A DNA stretch of 42,130 nt. Source: Gemmatimonadales bacterium (lineage in GTDB: Bacteria; Gemmatimonadota; Gemmatimonadetes; Gemmatimonadales; Gemmatimonadaceae). Where the stretch lies: positions 1-42,130 of the forward strand of contig JBIOHX010000001.1 in NCBI GenBank assembly GCA_044449465.1, read 5' to 3'. Positions 1-10,210 of the stretch are shown piece by piece. The notes below the pieces were generated by a model, which was not told the DNA's origin, searched no databases, and worked only from the letters and a program-made list of their open reading frames with translations. Both the position numbers and the translations under genes were made by a program. Numbering within the stretch: the first letter of the stretch is position 1; every line of letters starts with the position of its first letter.

Positions 1-2607
1 AATCAACCGCGTTGCCGCAAGCCCCGGCGGCACGCCGTTGACGACTCCTATAATGGCGACGCGCGATGCTTCGCCGAGCTCCATTCGCGTCACATCGCCA
101 GGCTCCGCGCCGAGCGCGGCCCGCAACCCGAACTCGCTGGTGCGCTGGCTGGACGAATACGCCGTGACGCCGTACAGACCGAGCGCCGCGAGGACCAGCG
201 TGACGATGCAGAAGAAGATCGTCACTTGGACGAGAAGCACATCCTCCGAGACGGTGCCGCGCACGAGGTCGTTCACCGGGTCGACCGCGATCGGCAGCGT
301 CCCATCGACGTCTGCGATCGCGCGACGAATGGGTCCTACGAAGCGCGCGGGATCGCCGCGAAGGTGCACCGCGAGCTTGGCCATTCCCGAATTGCCCGTA
401 TTCGGATTGTTGAACACGACGTACATCTCGCGAAATGGCTTGCGGCGGACGTTGCTGCTTTCAAAATCCCGCACGACCCCGACGATTGTGTAGTGCAGGG
501 TGTCGGCGAGCGTCACCACGGCGCCGAGCGGATCACGAGCACCGAAATACTGCTTCGCCATCGTTTCGTTGATCACCACGGCGGGCGGGCCGCTCTCGAG
601 ATCGTGCCGGTCGACGTCGCGGCCGCGAAGCAGGCGCGCGCCGATGGCGTGGAGATAGTTTGGGCCGACCCGATCGACGGAAACCACGCGCTCCGAATCC
701 GCTTGCGGAACGAACCCCGACACATCGACGCGACCGCCGGACGCGCCCCCGCTGAACAATCCGCGATCGGCGAACGCCACCGCGTCCACCCCAGGTACAC
801 GGCCGACGCGGTCCGCGAGGTCGCGCCGCAATTGACCGAGGCGCGCGCCGACGTACTGCGTGCGAAACGTCCGTACGCGCACGGCAACCACGTGATCGCG
901 ATCCGTTCCGATGTCACCGTGCAGGAGCTGTTGCATGCTCCGCACGAGCAAGCCGCCGCCGACAAGCAGGAGCATCGACAGCGCCATCTGCGCTACGACG
1001 AGCGCGCGGCCGAACGGAATGCGGCCCCCGCCGACTCGCGCGGAGCCCATCAGGTTGCGGCCCTGCGAGCGCAATGACGTGGCAAGGTCGACACGCGTCG
1101 CGCGGAAGGCAGGCAACAGGCCGAACAGGAGCACGCAGGCAAGCGTCATGGCCGCGGTGAAAGCGAGAACGCGCGCATCGAGTGTCGTATCGATCGCGAC
1201 CGGGCCGGCGACAGCCGAACTGCCGCGCACCGTGGTGAGCAATACGCGGCTGCCCCATGTCGCCGCGAAGAGTCCGAGCACGCTCGACACGATCGCGAGC
1301 AACACGCCCTCGACGAGCAGCTGTTGAATCAACCGCCCGCGGCCGGCGCCGAGCGTCATGCGGACCGTCATCTCACGGCGGCGCGCAACGATGCGCGCGA
1401 GCATCAAACTCGACACGTTCGCACAGACGACGAGAATGACCAAACCGACCGCCGCCATCAGCACCCAGAGCGCGTTGCCGTACTCGGCGCGCCGTTCGGA
1501 GAAGCCGCGTGCGCCCGACACGACCTCGATGGGATTGGCCGCCAGGCCATCCTCGAACTGCGAGAGCGCACGGCCCGAAAGAGTTTCGCGAATCGAGCTC
1601 GCCTCGACCGCGCTTACCTCCTGACGCGCCTGCTCGAGCGTGACGCCCGGCTTCAGCCGGCCCATCATCATGAGCCAGGACCAGGCGCGGTTGTTCAACA
1701 GATTCATACTTGGCTGAATCGCGGGGTCCATCATCATCGGCAGCCAGAAGTCCAATGGCTGGCCGATGATATCGCCGCTGAAGCGGGGGGGCGTGACCCC
1801 GACGATCGTCACGGCGACGTCGTTGACGCGCATGACGCTGCCGATGGCGGCGCTCGAGCCCGAGAAGCGACGCTGCCAATAGTCGTACGTGATGACCGCA
1901 ACGGGGTCTTGTCCCGGCGTCTCGTCGTCGGCGCCAGTGAAGGTGCGACCGGCGTACGCGGGCACGCCAAGCACGGAAAAGAAATTGCCGGTGACGAATC
2001 GCGCGTGCGGCTGTTCCACCGTTGCCGCGGCCCCCGAACCCATCTGCACGTCGATCGGACCGGACCATCCGCTCGCGTACATGTCGGTGAACACCGTGTT
2101 GCGCGCGCGCACGTCCTTATAGAGTAGGAACGACACGAAGGCGGTAATCGGTGCGCCGACGTTGTTGTTATTCACCTGGGAGGGATCGCTCACGATCACG
2201 AGCTGCTCGGGATGCGACACCGGAAGCGCGCGCAAGAGCAGCGCGTCGACGAGCGTGAAGATCGCCGTGTTGGCGCCGATGCCGAGCGCGAGGGTCGCGA
2301 CAACCGTGAGCGTGAAGGCGGGGCGGCTTCTGAGCGAGCGCACCGCGTAGCGCAGATCGCGCGCGAGCGATTCGAGACGCGCGGTGCCGCGGGCGTCGCG
2401 GCTTGCGTCCTTGGTGGGTTCGAGGCCGCCGAAGTCGATCGCGGCGCGCCGGCGCGCCGCGTCGCGCGACAGGCCTTGCCGCTGATGCTTCTCGGCTTCG
2501 CGCTCGAGGTGAAAGCGCAGCTCGTCGTCGAGCTCCCGCTCGACGGAAGAACGCGACGCCAGCGCGCGCAGGCGATAACGAACGTCGCGGAATAGTTCAG
2601 AGAACAT
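1..2607 (-). CDS. ADOP-type (MacB/FtsX-like) duplicated orphan permease; C-terminus runs off the window start
   Basis: Absent from the ORF track because there is no in-window stop. The reverse complement from 2607 reads ATG TTC TCT GAA... = MFSELFRDVRYRLRALASRSSVERELDDELRFHLE.... The frame stays open to base 1, where it reads ...AALGAEPGDVTRMELGEASRVAIIGVVNGVPPGLAATRLI. The N-terminal motif and C-terminal FtsX-type motif match the paralogs at 3131..5794 and 38845..41292. Confidence 0.85.
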   Translation of the reverse strand, partial: MFSELFRDVRYRLRALASRSSVERELDDELRFHLEREAEKHQRQGLSRDAARRRAAIDFGGLEPTKDASRDARGTARLESLARDLRYAVRSLRSRPAFTLTVVATLALGIGANTAIFTLVDALLLRALPVSHPEQLVIVSDPSQVNNNNVGAPITAFVSFLLYKDVRARNTVFTDMYASGWSGPIDVQMGSGAAATVEQPHARFVTGNFFSVLGVPAYAGRTFTGADDETPGQDPVAVITYDYWQRRFSGSSAAIGSVMRVNDVAVTIVGVTPPRFSGDIIGQPLDFWLPMMMDPAIQPSMNLLNNRAWSWLMMMGRLKPGVTLEQARQEVSAVEASSIRETLSGRALSQFEDGLAANPIEVVSGARGFSERRAEYGNALWVLMAAVGLVILVVCANVSSLMLARIVARRREMTVRMTLGAGRGRLIQQLLVEGVLLAIVSSVLGLFAATWGSRVLLTTVRGSSAVAGPVAIDTTLDARVLAFTAAMTLACVLLFGLLPAFRATRVDLATSLRSQGRNLMGSARVGGGRIPFGRALVVAQMALSMLLLVGGGLLVRSMQQLLHGDIGTDRDHVVAVRVRTFRTQYVGARLGQLRRDLADRVGRVPGVDAVAFADRGLFSGGASGGRVDVSGFVPQADSERVVSVDRVGPNYLHAIGARLLRGRDVDRHDLESGPPAVVINETMAKQYFGARDPLGAVVTLADTLHYTIVGVVRDFESSNVRRKPFREMYVVFNNPNTGNSGMAKLAVHLRGDPARFVGPIRRAIADVDGTLPIAVDPVNDLVRGTVSEDVLLVQVTIFFCIVTLVLAALGLYGVTAYSSSQRTSEFGLRAALGAEPGDVTRMELGEASRVAIIGVVNGVPPGLAATRLI

Positions 2608-2659
2608 AGGTGTCTCCTTCAGCCGCAAACGCAGCGCGAGCGGGACGACCGGGGCTCCG

Positions 2660-2713
2660 CTTGTGCTTCTACAGGACAACGGCAATCTGCGACGGTCCTT
2701 GTAGAAGCGCAAG
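2660..2713. promoter_or_regulatory. Imperfect inverted repeat (about 18-bp arms, 17-nt spacer) in the divergent ADOP/padR intergenic region
   Basis: CTTGTGCTTCTACAGGAC (2660-2677) pairs with the reverse complement of GTCCTTGTAGAAGCGCAAG (2695-2713), with one mismatch and one bulge. It lies about 50 nt upstream of the minus-strand permease start. Any function is inferred only. Confidence 0.4.
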
Positions 2714-2757
2714 AGGTCAACGAGACGGCGGCCAGGCTCGCCTGAAACTTTCGGAAC

Positions 2758-2791
2758 CACTAGGCCGTCTAGTGCACTAGACAACCTAGTG
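2758..2791. promoter_or_regulatory. Candidate PadR operator: 34-bp near-perfect palindrome with four CTAG cores
   Basis: The sequence is CACTAGG-CCG-TCTAGTG|CACTAGA-CAA-CCTAGTG. The central 14 bp TCTAGTGCACTAGA (2768-2781) is a perfect palindrome, and the outer 7-mers (2758-2764 and 2785-2791) are exact reverse complements. The right edge overlaps the padR start codons (GTG 2789, ATG 2792). Confidence 0.5.
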
Positions 2792-3127
2792 ATGACCATG
2801 CCCACCATCGTCCCGCTCCTCCAAGGCACGCTCGATCTCATCGTCCTCCAGATGCTCCGCGCCGAGCCGACCAACGGCTACGACCTGAGCCAACGCATCC
2901 AGGCCGTGTCGAGTGACGTGCTGCAGGTCAACGCGGGCTCTTTGTATCCCGCGCTCTACCGGTTGGAGGAGCGGGCCCTCATTCGCGCGGCATGGAAGGA
3001 GACGGATACGGGACGTCGCGCCAAGGTCTATTCGCTGACCGCGGCGGGGCGAAAGCAGCTCGCCGAGCAGCGGGCGACCTGGGATCGCTTCGCCGGCGCC
3101 ATCGCCGCCATCCTCAAGAGGGCCTGA
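2789..3127 (+). CDS. padR: PadR-family transcriptional regulator
   Basis: A 112-aa ORF with the winged-helix PadR signature LQGTLDLIVLQML...NGYDL...GSLYPALYRLEERALI...KVYSLTAAGRKQL. It sits immediately upstream of, and 3 nt from, an ADOP permease gene. Confidence 0.9.
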   Translation: MMTMPTIVPLLQGTLDLIVLQMLRAEPTNGYDLSQRIQAVSSDVLQVNAGSLYPALYRLEERALIRAAWKETDTGRRAKVYSLTAAGRKQLAEQRATWDRFAGAIAAILKRA

Positions 3128-3130
3128 CCC

Positions 3131-5794
3131 ATGTCGTTCATTCGACGCCTGCTGCTTCGCTTGCGCGCCGTGGTGTTGGTCGATCGTTTGCGCCGCGAGA
3201 TGGACGAGGAGATGCGCGCGCACCTCGATCTCGCCGCGGAACGGTACATGGCGCGCGGGCTCTCACGCATTGACGCGCGCGTTGCGGCGCGGCGCGAGTT
3301 CGGCAACACCACCGTGCTCGCGGCCGATGCGCGTGCGGCGCGCGGGGCAGGGTGGTCGGAGTCAGTCGCGACGGACCTTAGACTCGCGCTCCGCGGGCTG
3401 CGGCGCACGCCGCTCTTTGCCGCCGTCGCGGTGGTGTCGATCGCGATCGGCGTCGGCGCGACGACGGGGATTCTGGCGGTCGCAAATGCGCTGCTCTTCC
3501 GCGCGCCGGCTGGTGTGGCTGCTCCGGATCGCGTCGTGACCGTGGCGGGCACGCAGAACGGCCACGGCTTCAACAGCATCTCGTACCCCGCGTACCTCGA
3601 CTACGCCCGCGCACCAAGCCTGAGTCGACTTGCCGCAGTCGACCTCGAACCGAAGGCGCTCAGTCTGCTCACGACGCACGGCAGTGAGGCGGTGAAGAGT
3701 AGCGCCGTGTCGGGAAACTTCTTTGCGGTGCTCGGTGCCGAGGCGGAGCTTGGCCGGTTGTTCGGCCCCGACGAAGACAGCGAGTCCAACGCGGCTTCCG
3801 TCGTGGTGCTGAGCGACGCCTATTGGCGCAAGCGCTTTCACGCCGACTCGGCCGTGGTCGGCCGGCCGGTTGCCCTCAAGGGCGCGGCGTTCACGATCGT
3901 TGGCGTGGCATCGCGCGGTTTTCAGGGGCCGTTCGTGATCGCGCCGGATATGTGGATGCCGATCCGCAGCTCGCTGCGGCTGAGCCACAGTGAGCCGATG
4001 CTGACCGAGCGTCATGACTTCTGGGTGATCGGCGTCGGGCGGCTGGCCGGCGGGGCATCGGTAGACGGCGCACAGGCGGAGCTGGGGACGATCACCGATC
4101 GGCTCAGGGCAGCGTATCCCAAGACTGTCGCCGGCATTCAGGTCAGCCCGCTATCGCTCGTCCCCGGTAATGGCCATCAGATCATCGCGGGCTTTATGGC
4201 GGTGCTCGTTGTCGTCGCGGGACTGGTCCTCGTCATCGCGAGCGCGAACGTCGCCGGCATGCTCCTGGCCCGCGCCGCGGCGCGGCAGCGGGAGGTCGCT
4301 GTGCGAATTGCCCTGGGCGCATCGCGATTGCGAATTGCTCGGCAGCTCGTCACCGAGAGTCTCGTCATCGGCGCGGCCGCGGCGGTGATTGGACTGCTGC
4401 TGGCGAACTGGCTCGTGCAAATGCTCATGGCTCTCGTGCCGCGACTGCCGGTTCCCCTCGTCGTGCATCCCACCCTCGACGGCCGTGTCGTGGCCTTCGC
4501 GCTCGGCATCACGCTCCTGACTGCGATCGTGACCGGGCTGCTGCCGGCGCTCCAGAGCACGAAGCCGGACCTCGTGCCCGCGCTCAAGCTAGACGCAGGA
4601 GCCACCCCGCGACGGCAACGGCTTCGCGGCGCACTCGTCGTTTCGCAGATCGCCGTGTCGATGCTCCTCCTGGTCGTCGCGGCGTTGTTCGGGCGAGCGT
4701 TGGTCAAGGCGCGCGCCGTCGACCCGGGGTTCCAGACGCATAACATCGACCTCGTCGACCTCGACCTGAGCCTCGCCGGGTACGACGATCATCGTGGCGC
4801 CACGCAGGCGGTGGCGCTGCTCGGCCTTGTCCGTCGAACGCCTGGCGTAGAGCGCGCCGCGCTGTCAGAGATGGTTCCGCTCACCGGTTCGGCGATGGGG
4901 TTCGGCGCCATCGATGTCGCGGGCCACCCCGCGCCGAAGCCGGAGAACGGTGTCGCGACCGGCTCCTGGTACGCCGACTGGAACGTGGTGAGCCCAGGCT
5001 ACCTCGAGGTGCTGGACATCCCGCTCGTCCGCGGCCGAGCCTTCTCCGACGCGGACCGGGAGGGCGCGCCGAGGGTCGCGATCTGGAACGAGACGTTAGC
5101 CAAGCACGTCTTCGGGACGACCGACGTCGTCGGTCGAACGTTCCGCAACGACAGCAGCACGGTGACCATCGTCGGCGTGGCTCGCGACGCCAAGTATCGC
5201 GCGCTCGACGATCCGCCGATCGACTTCGTCTACGTCCCGATGGCGCAGCACTATAGTGCGCACACCAATCTGTTCGTGCGCGTATCGGACGATCGGGATT
5301 TGTCGGGATCGCTGCGGCGACTGGTCGCCCAGTTCGATCCCCGTCTGCCGGTGCTCGATCAGAGCACGATGGACGACCAAGTCGCGTTCTCACTTTTCCC
5401 GCAGCAACTCGCGCTCTGGATCACTGGTTCGCTCGGCCTCGTCGCCCTGCTCCTGGCGCTACTCGGGATCTACGGCGTAATCGCGTACAGCGTCACGCAG
5501 CGCACGCGCGAGATCGGGGTTCGTGTCGCCCTTGGCGCGGCGCGCGGCACGGTGCTTCGCCTCGTGCTGCGCCAGGGATTGCGTACCGCCGCCGTGGGCG
5601 TGGTCGTCGGCGCGGCGTTGGCCTTCGGAGCCACGCGACTGATCGCGTCATTCCTTTTTGGCGTGTCGTCGACGGATGGCGTCGCGTTCGCGGCCGCGGC
5701 CGCGCTCCTCACTGCGGCCGCACTGACCGCGAGCTGGCTTCCGGCTCGTCGCGCGGCCGCGGTGGATCCGATGGTTGCGCTGAGGGCGGAGTGA
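3131..5794 (+). CDS. ADOP-type (MacB/FtsX-like) duplicated orphan permease
   Basis: An 887-aa ORF. The N-terminus MSFIRRLLLRLRAVV..REMDEEMRAHLD resembles the other copies, and there are two FtsX-like membrane modules. The C-terminus YGVIAYSVTQRTREIGVRVALGA...LPARRAAAVDPMVALRAE is typical of the family. Confidence 0.9.
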   Translation: MSFIRRLLLRLRAVVLVDRLRREMDEEMRAHLDLAAERYMARGLSRIDARVAARREFGNTTVLAADARAARGAGWSESVATDLRLALRGLRRTPLFAAVAVVSIAIGVGATTGILAVANALLFRAPAGVAAPDRVVTVAGTQNGHGFNSISYPAYLDYARAPSLSRLAAVDLEPKALSLLTTHGSEAVKSSAVSGNFFAVLGAEAELGRLFGPDEDSESNAASVVVLSDAYWRKRFHADSAVVGRPVALKGAAFTIVGVASRGFQGPFVIAPDMWMPIRSSLRLSHSEPMLTERHDFWVIGVGRLAGGASVDGAQAELGTITDRLRAAYPKTVAGIQVSPLSLVPGNGHQIIAGFMAVLVVVAGLVLVIASANVAGMLLARAAARQREVAVRIALGASRLRIARQLVTESLVIGAAAAVIGLLLANWLVQMLMALVPRLPVPLVVHPTLDGRVVAFALGITLLTAIVTGLLPALQSTKPDLVPALKLDAGATPRRQRLRGALVVSQIAVSMLLLVVAALFGRALVKARAVDPGFQTHNIDLVDLDLSLAGYDDHRGATQAVALLGLVRRTPGVERAALSEMVPLTGSAMGFGAIDVAGHPAPKPENGVATGSWYADWNVVSPGYLEVLDIPLVRGRAFSDADREGAPRVAIWNETLAKHVFGTTDVVGRTFRNDSSTVTIVGVARDAKYRALDDPPIDFVYVPMAQHYSAHTNLFVRVSDDRDLSGSLRRLVAQFDPRLPVLDQSTMDDQVAFSLFPQQLALWITGSLGLVALLLALLGIYGVIAYSVTQRTREIGVRVALGAARGTVLRLVLRQGLRTAAVGVVVGAALAFGATRLIASFLFGVSSTDGVAFAAAAALLTAAALTASWLPARRAAAVDPMVALRAE

Positions 5795-5834
5795 CGAGGT
5801 GGCGAGGGCCTAGCGTAGCATCGCCGACGAGCCG

Positions 5835-6230
5835 GTGACTCGAGGATCCACGCTCGCCGTTGCCGTGGGTCAGCCTGGGGCGACTGGTGTGGTGCGCGGC
5901 ACCATCTTCGGACAACTCCAGATACTCGCTAGCGACACGGTGGGCGCGGGCACGACGCCCGATCGTGTTGCCGGCGCGACGGTCGATGTGTCGCGAGAGG
6001 TCCGCGACTCGACGAGCGACAACGGCCCCGTCACCGTGACGACAACGCATATCGGAACGATCGTGAGCGACACCAGCGACCGCTTCACGCTGACGAACGT
6101 CGCGAAAGGCTACTACCAATTCGACGTCACGCCGCCGAGCGGATCGCCGTACAAGCCGGCGACGTTTTCCGGCCTGGCGTTCGACACCACCGATACGCAA
6201 GCAACCGCGGTGTTTCTTCACTCCAAGTAG
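5835..6230 (+). CDS. Hypothetical protein with a carboxypeptidase-regulatory-like (CarboxypepD_reg-type) beta-sandwich pattern
   Basis: A 131-aa ORF with a GTG start. The pattern GVVRGTIFG...AGATVDV...SD..DRFTLTNVAKGYYQFDVTPP resembles that domain. No signal peptide is visible and the start is uncertain. Confidence 0.4.
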   Translation: MTRGSTLAVAVGQPGATGVVRGTIFGQLQILASDTVGAGTTPDRVAGATVDVSREVRDSTSDNGPVTVTTTHIGTIVSDTSDRFTLTNVAKGYYQFDVTPPSGSPYKPATFSGLAFDTTDTQATAVFLHSK

Positions 6231-6422
6231 GAGATGGCCGACGTTCGTGAGAGGGGCTTACGGCTCGACCATCGTCTTTGGTGGGCGCCGACCATCATCA
6301 CCGTCGGAACACCCGATCCGGCCTGGTGGTTTTTCGTGCCATTTGCGAAAATCACCCGAACGGGTGACGCGAAAGCGCGAATCCGACCATAGAGTGCCGC
6401 CAACTCCAGCGAGGATATTCGT

Positions 6423-6965
6423 ATGAAGAAGACGGTTCTGAAGTTCGGCTTCCTCTCCGGCGCGGTCATGGCCGTGTTCATGGCCGCCTCGTTCCCGTTC
6501 CTCCACGACTTCGGGTTCGACACGGGCCTCGTCGTTGGATATACCGGAATCGTTCTAGCCTTCCTCCTCGTGTTCTTTGGGATCCGTTCCTATCGCGACA
6601 CCATGAATGGCGGCCGCATCGGCTATTGGCGCGGCGTTGTGGTGGGGACGCTCATCGCCGTGATCTCGAGCCTCTGCTACACGGCGACCTGGGAGGTCCT
6701 ATCCTATAAGTTCGCGCCGAACTTCGGCCAGAGCTACGCCGACGCGGCCGTCGCCAAGGCGCGCGCCGACGGGAAAAGCGACGCGGAGGTCGCGAAAGTC
6801 CGCGCGGACATGCAACAATTCGTCGAGAATTACAAGAATCCGCTCTACAGCAGCGCGATGACGTTCATCGAGCCGTTCCCCGTCGGCCTCGTCATCGCGC
6901 TCGTCTCGGCGGGCATTCTTCGGCGGAAGGAAGATGCGGACGAGGCGGCGCTGGCGACGGCGTAG
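6423..6965 (+). CDS. DUF4199-like integral membrane protein
   Basis: A 180-aa ORF with an ATG start. It has four predicted hydrophobic helices and a central amphipathic KARADGKSDAEVAKVRADMQQFVENYKNP segment, as I recall for DUF4199. Confidence 0.7.
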   Translation: MKKTVLKFGFLSGAVMAVFMAASFPFLHDFGFDTGLVVGYTGIVLAFLLVFFGIRSYRDTMNGGRIGYWRGVVVGTLIAVISSLCYTATWEVLSYKFAPNFGQSYADAAVAKARADGKSDAEVAKVRADMQQFVENYKNPLYSSAMTFIEPFPVGLVIALVSAGILRRKEDADEAALATA

Positions 6966-7307
6966 GAGAGAACACCGGCATCGAGCGCGATCGGACGGAC
7001 CGTTCGCAAGCTTCAATCGGCGCGCAGGGCCTCCGCGGGGTCGATTCGAAGCGCGCGCCGCGCATTATCCGACGTCGACGCCGCGCATTGGCCGGTGTCG
7101 TTCCACTAGGTTAGGGGAGATGATGAGAATGCTCGGGCGCGCGGTCAAGCGGCCGCGTCAGGCGCCTCGCCCGCCTCTCGGCATGCCAGACCGCGCCCCG
7201 GCTCGTGGCTGCTCAAACCCAGGCCGTTGCCGGGGTTGCCGAACGCCCAGCACCGAGCTACGGTAACTGCCCCAGTTGTCCGCCTGACCTCTTCCCAGAG
7301 GGGCATC

Positions 7308-7853
7308 GTGAGCGTTACCCAGTCGCTGACCGTCAACGGCACTACGGTCTCCGCGGACGTCGAGCCGCGAACTCTTCTCGTCGACTTCCTTCGGCAACAC
7401 CTCGGCCTCACCGGTACCCACGTCGGATGCGACACGGGCCAATGCGGCGCCTGCACTGTGCACCTGAACGGGATGGCGGTGAAGTCGTGCACTCTTCTCG
7501 TGGCGCAGGCCGCCGGGACGCACGTGACGACGATCGAAGGGCTCGCCGCCCCCGACGGCACGATGCATCCGATGCAGGCGGCGTTCAAAGACTGTCATGG
7601 ATTGCAGTGCGGCTTCTGCACGCCGGGGTTCGTGATGAGCGCGATCGACCTCGTGAACCGCATTCCGGACGCGTCCGAGGAGACGATTCGCGCCGAGGTC
7701 GAGGGTAATCTGTGCCGGTGCACGGGCTACCAGAATATTGTGAAAGCCATCCAGCAAGGGGGCGCGGCGATGAACGAAGCCACTGCCGCGAGCGCCCTGA
7801 AGGCGACCGCGTCGTATCCCTCTCGCAAGGAGGAAACATGGGCGCGAGCTTGA
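7308..7853 (+). CDS. coxS: Aerobic-type CO dehydrogenase / xanthine dehydrogenase family small subunit, 2x[2Fe-2S]
   Basis: Carries the motifs [27 protein letters not shown] and CRCTGYQNI. The track ORF starts at 7227, but the conserved N-terminus ([10 protein letters not shown]) begins at the in-frame GTG at 7308. Confidence 0.9.
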   Translation: MSVTQSLTVNGTTVSADVEPRTLLVDFLRQHLGLTGTHVGCDTGQCGACTVHLNGMAVKSCTLLVAQAAGTHVTTIEGLAAPDGTMHPMQAAFKDCHGLQCGFCTPGFVMSAIDLVNRIPDASEETIRAEVEGNLCRCTGYQNIVKAIQQGGAAMNEATAASALKATASYPSRKEETWARA

Positions 7854-10195
7854 TCGGTCAGCCGGTTCGGCGCAAAGAGGACGCGCGCTTTCTCACCGGG
7901 AACGGACGATACACGAACGACCTCGCCGTGAGGAACGCGGCGCATGCGTTCTTCCTTCGCTCGCCCCACGCGCACGCGAAGATCAACTCGGTCGGCGTCA
8001 AGCGCGCGCAGCTCGCGCCCGGCGTGCTTGCCGTGTACACGGCCAACGACTTGACCGGAGTGAACGGGCTGCCCTGTGGTTGGTTGATCACCGGTACCGA
8101 TGGCAAGCCGATGGCCGAGCCACCGCATCCAGTGCTCGCGCAAGGAGCGGCGCGCTACGTCGGCGATCCGGTGGCGCTCGTCGTCGCCGATACGCTCAAC
8201 CATGCGAAGGACGCCGCCGAGTTGATCGAGGTCGACTACGACGTGCTGCCGGCGGTGGTGAATTGCGTCGACGCGCTCAAGGCTGGCGCACCGCAATTAC
8301 ACGAAAGTGCACCGGGCAACAAGTGCTACACGTGGGCGCTCGGTGACAAGGCGGCGGTGGACGCGGCGTTCGCGAGCGCCGCGCACGTGACGAAGCTCGA
8401 CATCGTCAACAATCGGCTGATCCCGAACGCGATCGAGCCGCGCGCCGTGGTCGCGTCGTACAGCCGCGGCGACGACATGTACACGCTTCATGTCGCCAAC
8501 CAGAACCCGCACCTCGAGCGTTTGCTCCTCTCGGCGTTCGTGCTCGGCCTGCCCGAGCAGAAGGTTCGCGTGATCGCGCCCGACGTGGGCGGCGGCTTCG
8601 GGTCCAAGATTTATCTCTATCCCGAAGAGACGGCGATGGTGTGGGCGAGCAAGAAAGTGAGTCAGCCGATCTCGTGGGTCGCCGAGCGAAGCGAGTCGTT
8701 CCTCGCCGATGCGCATGGGCGCGACCACGTCACGCACGCCGAGCTCGCGCTCGATGCGAACGGCAAGTTCCTGGCGATGCGCGTGCAGACTACGGCGAAC
8801 ATGGGCGCGTATCTGTCGACGTTCTCGACTTGCATTCCGACCATCTTGTACGCGACGCTGCTCGCCGGGCAGTACACGACGCCGGCGATCTATTGCCAGG
8901 TGACGGCGTCGTTCACGAACACCGCGCCGGTGGATGCGTATCGAGGCGCCGGACGGCCGGAGGCGACGTTCGTCGTCGAACGGCTCGTGCATCACGCGGC
9001 GGTAGAGATGGGCATCGCGCAGGACGAGATCCGTCGCCGGAATTTCATTCGGTCGTTCCCGTATCAGACGCCGGTCGCGCTTCTATATGACACGGGCGAT
9101 TACGACGCGTCGCTCGCGGGCGCGATGAAGGCCGCCGATGTCGTGGGATTCGCGGCGCGGAAGGCAGAGTCGGCGAACCGTGGTAAGCTCCGCGGCCTCG
9201 GCTACTCGGCGTACATCGAGGCGTGCGGGCTCGCGCCGTCGAACGTCGCCGGCGCACTTGGCGCGCGCGCGGGCCTGTACGAGGCGGGCGAAGTTCGCGT
9301 GAACCCCACAGGAAGCGTCACTGTGTTCACGGGATCGCACTCACACGGCCAGGGACACGAGACGACGTTCGCGCAGGTCGTCGCCGACCGCCTCGGCATC
9401 CCGCTCGAGAACGTCGACGTCGTGCACGGCGACACGGGCCGCGTGCCGTTCGGCATGGGCACGTATGGCTCGCGCTCGCTCGCCGTCGGCGGCTCGGCGA
9501 TCGTCAAAGCCGTCGATAAGATCATCGCGAAGGGAAGGAAAATCGCCGCGCACCTGCTCGAGGCCTCGGACGCCGACATCGAGTTCAAGGACGGCAAGTT
9601 CACGGTCGCGGGCACCGATCGCAGCAAGACGTTCGGCGAGATCGCGCTCACGGCGTACGTGCCGCACAACTATCCACTCGACAAGCTCGAGCCAGGCCTC
9701 GACGAAACGGCATTCTACGATCCGACGAACTTCACGTTCCCGGCGGGCACGCATCTTTGCGAGGTCGAGATCGATCCCGAGACGGGCGTGGTATCGGTCG
9801 AAGCATTCACGGCGTGCGACGACTTCGGCACCATCATCAACCCGATGATCGTCGAAGGCCAAGTCCACGGCGGGCTCGCGCAGGGCATCGGCCAAGCACT
9901 GCTCGAGCAGTGCGTCTACGATCAAGAGAGCGGACAACTGCTCACCGGCAGTTTGATGGATTACGCACTGCCGCGAGCGGACGATCTTCCGCACTTCAAC
10001 GTCTCGCACACCGTCACGCCATGTACGCACAACCCGCTCGGCGCAAAGGGCTGCGGCGAAGCGGGAGCGATCGGCGCACCGGCCGCGCTCATGAACGCGG
10101 TCATGGACGCGCTGGCGCCGGTCGGCGTGACACACCTCGACATGCCCGCCTCTCCGCACCGTGTCTGGCAGGCCATTCGCGCGGCGCGCGCCTAA
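7838..10195 (+). CDS. coxL: Molybdopterin-binding large subunit, form II CoxL-like (AYRGAGR active-site loop)
   Basis: ATG at 7838 is preceded by AAGGAGGA and gives [21 protein letters not shown].... The active-site loop AYRGAGR is encoded at 8936-8956. The track ORF start at 7712 is an upstream extension that overlaps coxS. Confidence 0.9.
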   Translation: MGASLIGQPVRRKEDARFLTGNGRYTNDLAVRNAAHAFFLRSPHAHAKINSVGVKRAQLAPGVLAVYTANDLTGVNGLPCGWLITGTDGKPMAEPPHPVLAQGAARYVGDPVALVVADTLNHAKDAAELIEVDYDVLPAVVNCVDALKAGAPQLHESAPGNKCYTWALGDKAAVDAAFASAAHVTKLDIVNNRLIPNAIEPRAVVASYSRGDDMYTLHVANQNPHLERLLLSAFVLGLPEQKVRVIAPDVGGGFGSKIYLYPEETAMVWASKKVSQPISWVAERSESFLADAHGRDHVTHAELALDANGKFLAMRVQTTANMGAYLSTFSTCIPTILYATLLAGQYTTPAIYCQVTASFTNTAPVDAYRGAGRPEATFVVERLVHHAAVEMGIAQDEIRRRNFIRSFPYQTPVALLYDTGDYDASLAGAMKAADVVGFAARKAESANRGKLRGLGYSAYIEACGLAPSNVAGALGARAGLYEAGEVRVNPTGSVTVFTGSHSHGQGHETTFAQVVADRLGIPLENVDVVHGDTGRVPFGMGTYGSRSLAVGGSAIVKAVDKIIAKGRKIAAHLLEASDADIEFKDGKFTVAGTDRSKTFGEIALTAYVPHNYPLDKLEPGLDETAFYDPTNFTFPAGTHLCEVEIDPETGVVSVEAFTACDDFGTIINPMIVEGQVHGGLAQGIGQALLEQCVYDQESGQLLTGSLMDYALPRADDLPHFNVSHTVTPCTHNPLGAKGCGEAGAIGAPAALMNAVMDALAPVGVTHLDMPASPHRVWQAIRAARA

Positions 10196-10210
10196 GGGAG
10201 GGCCATCACA

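Noticed and set aside
226-2127. Plus-strand ORFs 226..1077 and 1324..2127, and minus-strand ORFs in other frames
   Set aside because: All overlap the minus-strand ADOP permease frame, which is open from 2607 to base 1 and has clear family motifs. The alternatives are Arg/His/Asp-rich and match no family.
6281-6335. A possible terminator ending in GGTTTTT after the gene at 5835..6230
   Set aside because: I could not find a convincing complementary stem upstream of the T-run.
7712-7837. The upstream extension of coxL given by the track; likewise 7227-7307 for coxS, 24185-24535 for iorA, 24826-25023 for iorB and 38779-38844 for the ADOP gene
   Set aside because: These extensions overlap the preceding genes and are not protein-like. 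The conserved N-termini start at internal ATG or GTG codons, with an AAGGAGGA RBS for coxL and ATGA coupling for iorB.
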